Shown here: piece by piece, positions 44,501 to 55,335 of the stretch | How the letters are laid out: the number at the start of each line of letters is the position of its first letter | Position numbering within the stretch: the first letter of the stretch is position 1 | NCBI GenBank assembly: GCA_040954595.2 | Contig: CM082581.2 | Span: forward strand, 8,781,778 to 8,845,777 | DNA: 64,000 nt | Origin: Balanoglossus misakiensis | Taxonomy: Eukaryota; Animalia; Hemichordata | Direction of reading: 5' to 3' | Position numbers and translations under genes: made by a program | The notes under the pieces: model-generated | Seen by the model: only the letters and a program-made list of their open reading frames with translations | What the model was told of the DNA's origin: nothing | Database searches by the model: none

Positions 44501-47500
44501 AGTAAAGCGTTGTCCAGTTTCATGTAGCTATGAAAGTTTGTGACGTGTGACAAACGACGGTTTATATTCAATGAAAAGTCCATTGCACTTGAATGAATGA
44601 AGTAACTTAAAGTCTGCAGCAGAAACAAGCCTTTCCAAAAGTCAGCTAAAATATACGTGATTGGGGGCGCTATCACCGTGCTAACGAGAAAAATTATAAT
44701 CAACATCTCGGTGGGGGGGGGGGCAAGAACTATGAAGCAACGCGCCGGGAATCGATATACAAATTCATGCGTGATTCTGACAGTTTAGAGGAAAAGGGGG
44801 AGATAAAGGCTCCAATCAACCAGAGCAAACAGATGTCCACTGTCGGAAGCAGAAACGGCACAGAGAATTGAATAGCCCCGTTCAAGAGTTATTTGATTCT
44901 CCGGGACTGGGAGATCGTAAAATACATTTTGTACCAGGAGACAAACGCCGGTCAAATTGATGGATTGCGTGAAAGGTAAAACGGATGCTTATAATTCCAA
45001 AGGCATTTGTCCGTGAAAAATTATGACAATCCACAACCCAGCACGTATGGTATTGTTGGCGGCGATGCGGGAGTTGTGCGCGTCGCGTCTGCCACGTTCC
45101 CGTTAAGAGTTGCATTTCAGTTGACAAGAAGGAGAAATTAAATTGATGGATGCAAGTTTATCTCTTTGATTATTCTTTAAGTGAATCAAACTTGGCGATT
45201 ATAAGATTGATTTTTTTACTCTCCTTTTGAATAGAACATTTTTTAATTCGAACGCTGTCACGATTGCAATAAATTCGTGTAGTGCGCAAGCTTTGCTTCG
45301 TCCAGCGTAAGTAAGTCGCTTGCTTCGACAATTTTCATAGAAGAAGATTAAGCGGTCTATTCAAAACCACCGAATAAGTGTTTACTAATAGGAAGGGATT
45401 ACTTAAGATTTCGCCCATTTTGACTCACGGCCTTATTAAAACTGGCGTGATTGCCGCAATTGATAGTAATGGGAACAGGGCGAGTTATAAACGAAAACAC
45501 GCGTTCGTTTGTTTTGTTTCGTCTTCCCTGCTGCACGACAACTTGAGTGGGCGGCAGTTCTTGGAAGTTGTAGCTTTGCGCAACCTCCAACATTTGACCT
45601 TCATATTTCATGCGAAAAGTTTAATGACAAACGCAGGTCCTTTTTACCGATTGGAAGATGTATTATGTTGCTGTCGCGTCGAAATGAAATGAAATACATG
45701 TTTATCAAAAATTTTACATTAATGTACTCGGGGAAGAAGATTATAGTCCAAACTACTGCGTTGCCGTGATATCTTCCAACCTAGACTTTTGTCTTTCAAC
45801 AGCAGCCCTGTATGAGTGCATCTCGTTGTATAGGATTGACAGGATTAAATGTCACGCTCAGTTTGGTGGGTGATTCCGTGTAATGAAATTTTTGTTAAAT
45901 GGACTAGTTAACCGCTAACACGGCAATGATAATTATCTTGAGTAGAATTGTGTGTTTGTTAGAACAGTACCTATAGCAAAGCTCACCAATGCAATGTAGC
46001 ATTTCTCGGTATGCTGCACAACTTACTTGTTAAATCTGCATGCGCATTAGGAGGCAGATTAAAAGATGTTGTTAGGTGCCTCTCGGGGGAATAACATATA
46101 TTGGGATATACATTGTATCGGGGGTAGTTTGGCATATTCCCAATTGGTAAATATTGGCAAATGACTTTGCCGTTTATTCCAAAGTCTAGTCTTTTCTTCG
46201 CAGTCTTTCAAGTTGTTGTCACTCCTGTATCTCCAACAAGGCATGCTTAGTGGGTTCAATGTTAACCAGGCAATGGACAGACTCAGGTGATTTTTGCGAA
46301 ACGTGTTCTTTAGCATGGGACACATCTTCCACTCAAAGATTTAGTGCTAAACGCATGCGCATTGCAAAGGAAAGACATTTCGTTCCGGAAAGTGTGATAT
46401 GCACAATAACGTGACTGGAAATGCGCGAGAAAAATAAGCATACTTCGGCGAGGAAACTTCTTGAGCTACAAAAATCACAGAAACTCTCCTTTGCTAAAAC
46501 ATAAACACGTCTGTCTACTTGTAACAGGAAGCGCAATGCAGCACAGGTGAAGCTCGATCGTATCAAGTAGTAATTGAGTTATCTAATTTATGAGCCATCA
46601 ACTTGTCAGCGATGGCATACTAATTGATCGTTTATCCCAATGTTCTCTGGGAATTAAATGAGAACTCCGCGGCCTGTACGGCTAACATGCGAATAAATTC
46701 AATTGATACCGACGTCCGGTCTGAGTGACGAGGTTGCAGTCTGTAAAGTTTGAAATATTTTTCCCTGGCCCCCTCAGGTCATGTTTTCACAGATACATGC
46801 GCATGCGCATCTTCCCATGCGGCTTTGCAGTTTATGTAGTCCTTGAACTGCAAATGGCTTTTCATGAAATTTATATTCTAAAAGCATAAATTGCAATCTA
46901 ATCAGACTGTCATCAATTAATTTCGTGTTTACATCTCCTGGGATTCGTGTGACGCAGACTTTAATTAGATTAGCTTTTAAAAAACACGATAACATCCTGT
47001 CTAATTAAATCGACTTGGGTATTCTTTATAGAGACATTTTCCGTTTCCAGAATTCCTCGATTTATCTTAACTTTCTTAAATAACAATGACGACAACAGTT
47101 AAGCTCAAGTCAATTTCCCCAAATGTAAAATACAATGCACCCATTTCCATAGCAACATGAAGCCCCATTGTAAGATGATTTACAATGTGCATATTGTCAC
47201 GTACCGCTGTTATTTATTCGATCAGAAGTTGTTTAAAAACTTGTTGCTCCGAAATTGCTTGCAAATATACTGCAGAACTGGTGTAAATCAATCAGCGAGC
47301 ATGTCTAACCACGCGTCACCCCACAACCTGCTGTCCAAGTGAAACGTAATGAAATTTTCTTCTAGATGCAATTAACATCATGTAAGGACATGAATAATTT
47401 ATCACTTAATCATGATTGAAAAAATGTAATTGTATAAAAACAACTAGATCGAATTCTCCAGAGAAAGGGTAATTATTTTAAATCCTGAAACGATGTTAAA

Positions 47501-48935
47501 CATATTTATCATGCTTGGCACATACACCGTTTACTTTTCATCAACTTTTTATTCTGTCGGCAAAGCGACGTGTTTGCTATTCTGTGCATTTACCAATGTA
47601 CATACAGAATACAAAATATCAGGTGTTTACCACAAAATGTCGTCTAATCACGTATAACATTCATGAGTATACCACTTGGAACCCAACGATCGATCTTTGC
47701 GTTAATTGCGTCTGATGAAATAACTTCAAGATAAAACAGATTCAATTAGCGTCTTTAATGGGTATCTAATGAAGAAACGTCCGGCGGACTCGATTAATCT
47801 AGTACCTTTAATTACTACTGATGAAGTAACGGGAAATGAACAAAATAAGTTCAACTGAAGAACAGTGGATTGGCCCAGTACAGAGATCGAACCCTTTCGT
47901 GGCCCGTTCCCAACAAGATATTTTTGTGAGAACTTTCAACATGGGGGAGAATATATAACAATACCCTCAGTAGACGTTAAATTAAATCAAGTCAATTAGT
48001 AAGTACATAATATGTATATGGTCCAAGCAAAGACATTTTTCTGCCTGTCTGTCTGTCTCATTGCATGACTGGCCGTGTCTCTCTGCCTCTCTCCCTCAAG
48101 TAATTCACACGAGATGTTTTACCAACTGACTCAGTCTATATCTGGAGCAATAACGGCGTTCACCGTCCTCGTTTCTCCGGGAAATGTAACGTGTCTGGTG
48201 CACACGTACCAGTAAACGAGTAACAGATCCGACGACAGACAGGTCTGTGCGCGGGAGACAGCAGCGTCGCCGAGCATGTGACATTTCCGTCATGTAACCC
48301 GGGTCTGGAACCGGACACGTTCTGACACGAGGCGCACAATAAAGACATGAGTTATTAATGTGACAGAGGTCAATTTAATTCTATTAAGGTAATTAAAGAA
48401 CGCCACGTCGGCCTCGTTTGGCTTTCAAATCACTCGCGATCTCCAAGAGACCATAGCGAAACTTCATTATCGACATGACAGTTTTCATCATACAGTATTC
48501 TCCTTGTTAAATGCACGTGCAATGTAGCGGTAAATTGACGTCAATATTTGTTAAATGTGAAGCTCAAGCCGCTGCCTATTATCTCCGAGGAATAAAAATC
48601 TTGGTTCAGACTAACAGCTTCATGCTGTCTGTATTTTGCGCCTGGACTACTAGTAACCGGTTAGGATGTGTACTGAGCATATAGTTGAAATTGCTGAAAT
48701 GCATTAAATCATTTCATGTCTGAAGACGAAGAGCTTAATGCTTGGACATGCTTTGTTCAAATTTTAATTCAGTAAGATTAACATTAGACTTAGAGAAAGC
48801 CGCCAGGTTCCAAATCTGCACGTGTAAGCTATTTATGAATTTGAGTGTTCTATTTTTGTCCAATTGCTTTCTAACATTTTCAGTGCTCAACTTCAGGACC
48901 AGTGTGACGGAAAAATACACGGTGCGCCATGGAAA

Positions 48936-49063
48936 TTCTCAGGCAGTTACCCCTCCGGAGATAGAGCTACCGCCCGTACATTTCCCGACCACCCACAGCT
49001 TAGGGTTGAGGTTAGGCGCAAGGTTAAGGTTGTGTAAATGTCTAGGGGGCAACTGTCTTAGAA
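48936..49063. mobile_element. Short non-autonomous element with imperfect ~18-bp terminal inverted repeats and a degenerate TTAGGG-like core
   Basis: Left end ttctcaggcagttacccc versus reverse complement of the right end ttctaagacagttgcccc (15/18 match). Internal cttagggttgaggttaggcgcaaggttaaggtt. No clear target-site duplication. Confidence 0.45.
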
Positions 49064-49877
49064 CTAATCTCAAAAAATGCTCTTTGCGTCTGGTCAACGG
49101 TCAAAACCATTTCTGCAAGCAATCGTGTGAAATGTAAATAAATCTATCGCAATTTTTCGCCAGAAATTGGCCAGTCACAATCAAATTAATTTTCAATTCT
49201 CTCGTTCTTTGATCTTTGGCGCGTAGGCATGGCAGTCATTCCTTACACGAAAGAGCATGTGCAAAATAATCTTGACTGACACTAAACACGAAATTCTAAC
49301 TCTGGTCCAATTTTCGTGAGACATTTATAACTTATGTCGCTTGGTGGCGCCATGTCCGCCAGGTCGGCAACATTGGTGACTTGCTATTCTCCATTTCAAT
49401 CACAGACTCTTTACATTCATTTGGAGTATGAATGAAAATAGAGTCAAACTGGCAGGGTGAATTGATTAGTGCATATCGTGAAAGCTCTCTTAGTACCTGT
49501 CCGTCTGTCTCCCCTTTACTTAGTGTCGCTGTCCGTTCTACCAGGCTAACGCCTTTCAAGCCGACCAAAGGCCAGGGCTCAACAGCAATGCTCCTCGAGA
49601 GCAGACCGAAGGCCGACAGCAATGAGCCCTTTGGCCTCGGCCGGACCTCACCCATGCAGTACGGCCTTCGGAATTCGTGGGCATCATTGCCCTGACGACG
49701 TCACGAGCACAATACGCGAGTATTAAAACGATATGTTGGCGGTTACCCCTTTGACACATGTAGCATCCGAACATTTCGCACCCACTTGATAGTTCATGTC
49801 TAGGTGTCCGGTGAGCCCTTGAAATAAACCCGTAACCACGTGTCCTGTCAGTCATTTTACTTGAATATATCGATTTT

Positions 49878-49883
49878 TTTATT
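49878..49883 (-). terminator. Candidate polyadenylation signal for the SLC16 gene
   Basis: AATAAA on the minus strand, about 390 nt downstream of the stop codon. Confidence 0.4.
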
Positions 49884-50272
49884 GTCCAAGTTAATTGATT
49901 GATTGTAAATCGCAAATTCGCGATAATGATATTTACATATGCATGCCCAACTCGTGATAACGCGTCCTGGGCAAAGGACTACACGTGTCACTTCAGTGTA
50001 CTGATCAGGTGATTGTTGATATTGAAACAATATCCCACATGATGTACGTATAATTTCTGTGGTTGTGATGGCAAGACACTGAACGTCTTGTTCTGTCTGT
50101 TTTGTATCATCTCGCGTGATGAGGAGCGAACAAAATACGACTCGTCTGCCTACGTGCACTGCGTTGCATAAAAAGACCAAACCAGCTGGATGCCGGCCGG
50201 GGTATATAAAATAGGACAGATCGGCACGTGCCGTCGATCATTGTTTTTTTGTGGGGCAGCGGTTCAACACGT

Positions 50273-53200
50273 TCACACAACCGTGACAAATTGAAATACG
50301 GTTGGCAGGTCATCCGATGCCGGTGGGTCTTTGGTCTCGCCGGCTGTTCGAGTGGTTTGCCGTCGTCGTTGGCACTTCGTTATCAGCGGAGGCGTGACCA
50401 TCAGCATGACAGCCGACAGACAGAGTAGACTGCCGGTGAAGAAGTAGCAATAGTTGTAGCTACCAGTCAGGTCCAGAATCCGACCTGAACAGAGAAACAT
50501 ATACTTGTAAACATATATGTCTTGTGTGTCCAGTGTTGTTTTTGTGTGGTGGTTAAAGGTTAGTTAGGAATTGCTGCACGTCTACTTGTCTGAGGTGGTT
50601 AGACAGTCAGTTACACATCTTAGCATCTGACGGCTTTGACAAAATGAACTCTGCTATTTATGACACACAACCAGTGGGAGTAACTGCGCATGGACAATTC
50701 ACCAGCCCTGGATTACATAATCTCTGCACTGACTTGGTCTTCATGAATAATTCGGAGGTGATAATTCGGGGAGAAACTAAAACAATAGACAGTGGAGAAC
50801 AGTGGACAATCATTCTGAATAAATTATTGTAGAAAATATGTACAGCAATGCACCTGGAAGGTGGTATAAAAGGCTGCGTGCCCATTATTGAGGGGAGAGA
50901 CTGACATGACAGCCAGCGGTAGCACTGAGGCACTGTGTGTGTAATCCTACTAGTACCAGAATCTGACTGCCAGGCCTGTTTGGCGAAACTACAACGGTGA
51001 CGGAGTTTTCCACCAAGTGTGATACGAGACATCCTGTGCGGCCACGGATCGACCATCATCTCGATGAAACTGGAAAGACTGATCTATTCTGCGACCCATT
51101 TCCCGGAACATTGTCACTACTGAACTCACGGGTAGGGCAAACGTTCGATAACCACCTGTTAATGTCGTTTGTCATGTTTGTACCGTTTCATGTCTTTGTG
51201 TTTGTGTTTTGTGTAATATTTCTTTACTGTGCATACAGTCCACTTGTATTTTGTCTATAGTAGCTGTCCCTGTACAATTTATTGGATCCATCGATACAAT
51301 TCTGCAAGTTGAATAAATAGTCTATGCATAAACGTAATAAAGTATCTGAGTTTTACGATTCCCGGAGTAAGGGGTCCCCAGCACAAAAGAACCCAATCAC
51401 ATGGTCTGAAGGAAAAGCTACAAGGTACTGCCTCAGTATCATCCCTTGTATCATACCTTGTGACACAGACCTTTCTCTGGTCGCGGACAATTTAATAACT
51501 GTGACACCTCTTTAATCTTTTTCTTTTCGTTTTTAAATTTTGATCATTACCTGATATAATTACCTGTTATCGGTGGCCCTATAAGAGCGCCCAGTCCGTG
51601 GCAGAGGTTGCAGAAACCCAGCGCCCCCGTCAGTCTTCTGGTACCCACAAAATCCTTCAGAGTGACGGCCAACATCGGGTGGTAGACGCCGTTAGCGAGT
51701 CCGAAAATCGCGTAGAGCACGGCGAGACCGACGTACTTCTGCACCATGGCGCTCGCCAGGTTGACAGCGCCACAGATGAAGACACTGCCGGCGAGGGCGC
51801 GAATCGGCGTCACCAGTCCGATATCGACCAAGTGTCCGTGTCCCGCGCGGCCGAACAAACTCACAGCCCCGGTGATCGTCATGAGTGTGGTCGGCAGCGG
51901 GTAAGGGATGCCGAACGACTCTGCCCGGGCGACTAGGAATAATATAGTGGGGTAGAATCCCACGGCTATGATGAAATAGGCAACCGCCATGAGAACAAAA
52001 AGAGGGTGACAAAACAATGAAACGTCGATGAATTTTGAAATTGCTTGAAGGCATTTCACATCTGTGGCGCGTTTGTTGCTATGTGTCTTGTTGATACTAA
52101 AGGTACTCATAGTTGTTTTGCGAGGCTTAGCTTCTTGCCATTTTGTAATGTCCAGTTTCCGATTGCGTTGACCTATATCGTGCATTCTAGAGTTCAGGGA
52201 GATATCGCTCGTTAGCTCACAGTAAGGTGCCAAATCTATATTTGCCGCGTCCTTGTTTTTATCCGATCGTGCCCTCAAGGTGACGACGCGATTTGTGAGT
52301 CGAGGAGGTCTAAACAAAGCACCGCACACGCAGATATGAAGGTCCATTGCCGCCAGGCACACCATGGAATTGCGCCAACCGAAGCGGTTTATTAAAACTT
52401 GATAAAGTTGCGGCAGGGCGATCCAGCCGATGGCAAAGCCGGCAAACACCAGACCGTTGGCCAGGGCATAGCGTTTCTTGAAGTATCTGGCGATGAAGGC
52501 TATACTCGGTGTGGCCACAAGTCCAAAGCCAATGCCTAAAGTGAGCAAAGAAAATGAAATATAAACATACACAGTCTTTTGAATCAAAATGTGTTGTGAC
52601 ACTTATACCTATGAAAAAAAATCGGTCATTGCAAGTAATCGAACTAACATCTTCAATGTGTATATCAATAATTTGTTTTTAAAAGTTGACGCTGAATACG
52701 TAGTTTTTATATTGCAACGTGCAGACTGAAGTTAAAAAATAATTTATTGGTTATAATGGTCCCATATTCATCTCCCGTGGCCTTGCAGAGCAGGAGTAGG
52801 CGTCTGATAAAACAAGTGCTCCGAAATCTGAAACCGTGTCTTACTGACCCACAATGACTCCGCACGTGATGTAGAGGTGGGACAATTGGTTTGCCATGGA
52901 ACTTGTGAAGTGACCCACGGTCGACACTACCCCGCCGATGACAACTACAGCACGACATCCAAGCCAGGAATTCAGTGCGCTGGCAATGGGGCCTGCAAAG
53001 TAAAGAAAGGGGGACACGGGATGTGAATGACCTCTGATTAAGACCAAGACAATGAGTATACTGAGGAGTCCCAGACGTGACCAATCGCAGACAAGTCTAC
53101 TATAAGGCTGTCTACTCTCCGTCATTGGGTTAATTCAACGAAACAGACGCATGTTTTTTGTGACCATCCAAATGAAAGTCCGTGATTGGCTAGATCTCCC

Positions 53201-54127
53201 CTTCCCATTTGGTAGCTATGGTAACATTTTCATAAGTGACCACCCCTTTCATACCTGTAGCAAGAGTCACGAAGAGGGCGGTACCGCTGATGCCAGCCAC
53301 TTCTCCGGCGCCGCTTTCAAAGTACTGCTGCAGGCGAATGATGAACGGACCAAAACCGGTGAGACTTCCCTGGGAGAGCAGCAGTGACAGGTGCACCGCC
53401 ATGACAACCACCCACCCCCAGCCGCCATCCGGAGGATCGTCATCTTCGTAGTCGTTTTCCGGATCTTCGCTGTCCTTCGTTTTTGTTGGCAGTCCTTGCA
53501 AATCGACAACTGCATCTGTTACGCAGGAACAGTTACAGAAGTATTGACAAGCGTAATGTTATTCCAAGTAAAACACTCATTAAATTCATTTGTCATGAAA
53601 ACAGTTTTAACTTTTATCAATAAAATCCTTGGTCTTCTGTCAAATGGGACGGTAGTAAGCACAGAGTAACCCAGCGAGTCAGAAATAGTAAAGCGCGCCT
53701 CTCTCTCTGTAGTGAAATTAGTACTGACGACAAGAAAAGTCATAGTTGCCATTTTACGGAATGCGAATGACTTTCGACTAAATCTTAACAACATTGCCAG
53801 ACGTGGCAATTCGTTCAATCTGTATGACTTCGCCTTGATATAAAACGTGAATGTCAAACATCAAAGCTCAATTGGAAAACTTGGTGATAAAATTATAAAC
53901 AAATAAGGAGTGTTCTAGTTATGGATTGTCGTTGCCGACAACTTGAAAAGTAAGTGACGCTCAAAAGTGCAATGGAAATGGTTCTTTTTTGGCTTACCTG
54001 TGGTTCTGGTGTCGTCAGGAGAGTCAGAAGTGATTAAGGAAATCCTGACGCCATTGGCTGCCTTCACTCTCGCTTCGTGCACATCGCCATCGGCGGCGTT
54101 GGTTTTACACATGGCGATGGAAATCAT
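50273..54127 (-). CDS. SLC16/monocarboxylate transporter (MCT) family MFS transporter, 5 coding exons, ~572 aa
   Basis: Exons (minus strand): 54127-53998, 53515-53255, 52992-52849, 52535-51564, 50484-50273. All introns are GT-AG and phase 1; total 1719 nt, open frame. SLC16 signatures: PPDGGWGWVVV before TM1, YFKKRYALANG after TM4, long hydrophilic central loop, GRAGHG in TM8, GPPITG|RILDLTGSY near TM11-12. The start could instead be the ATG at 54112 (better Kozak context). The orthologue cannot be assigned by eye. Confidence 0.92.
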
Positions 54128-54980
54128 TCGGCGACGGTATTAAACGCGCCGGTCTATACGGTTCAACGTTTCGCATGGAATGTCGAGTCCCGGACTCATG
54201 ATCTACATGCGTGTCACACGAGGCCGTGGACACTCGCCTCTTTTGAGATGCCGCTACGGCATACGTGCAAAATTACACGTTCTGTCTCGGCGGCCACCAT
54301 AGTACTATCAGGAGAGGGTACAACCGGACGCGATATTTGATCAAGATTTCATTCACACCTAGTGTGCGCCGATATGAATATCGTGCTGCTTTACATATAT
54401 TAAGTTTAAGCTAAATCTATTTAAACTATCTCATGTTACCTCTGACACTTTCATAAGTTAATGAGCGGGCGAGAAATCGCAAAATATCTACAGTTTTAGG
54501 ATTGGCCGTGTTCGTGGTCTTAAAGAACAAAGCCATGACGCACGTGACAAAGTTTAAAGACAGATTACACACGGGCAAGTATGGTTTGAATTGAAAACAA
54601 AACATTGAATTCTGATTTAGGCCGGATTGAACTTAGAACGCACTTAAATTCTATAGAGGAACACTATATTAATGTTGAATATTGTAGTCTGAAAGAGGCA
54701 CACGAATAATTCAAACATCACACCTAATCATGTATTGGTCACGACACTCCAAACCATTAATAGTCAATCAATCATGTTAAGTCCATTCAGGGCCTACCAT
54801 ATCATTTCAATGGCTACGGCGGACTTCCCTGTGTAACTTCGTCTATTAGGAGTCACTTGTGACCTTTTTAACTAAAGCCACCGGTAACAAGACCCGTGCA
54901 AGACTAATTTCTGCCGGCACTCAAGGCTGTATTGTACCAATATTTGCATTCCGAGGGCACTTATATTCTTGGAACGGTTA

Positions 54981-54996
54981 CAGTGCCCTCAAGTGG
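54981..54996 (-). promoter_or_regulatory. Candidate CTCF site upstream of copy 1
   Basis: Reverse complement CCACTTGAGGGCACTG, one mismatch to the CCASYAGRKGGCRS consensus. Motif match only. Confidence 0.4.
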
Positions 54997-55335
54997 TGAA
55001 GATGAAACACACCTCAGCTCATATAGCCAGGCATATAGTACTAATACTCCTTTGAGCCCGTGGTGTGCGTCCATAGAATTGGGCGTGTGCATTGTAAAGA
55101 CTTGGGAAAAGCATGGTCGACTCAATTTCCCTCCATCCAACCAACCAATCCACCCACCCAAAGACTAGTCCACCCATACACCCATCTATCTAATGAATTG
55201 CATCACGAATTTTGACCGGCTTGGAATAGTTCAAAGGGTGTGTCTCAACTCGTTTGCATACAATTGGCAGCCCTTTCAGTGACCATTTGACGAACGACAT
55301 CATTACACGCGTGTTCCCGCGAGCTCTCGTCGAAC

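Noticed and set aside
50950-50995. Hammerhead-like CTGA..GCCAGGC/GTTTGGC-GAAAC in SLC16 intron 4
   Set aside because: The core lacks G8-A9 and stem I cannot form.
51598-52054. Alternative-frame and antisense ORFs within SLC16 exon 4
   Set aside because: Shadows of the GC-rich real coding exon.
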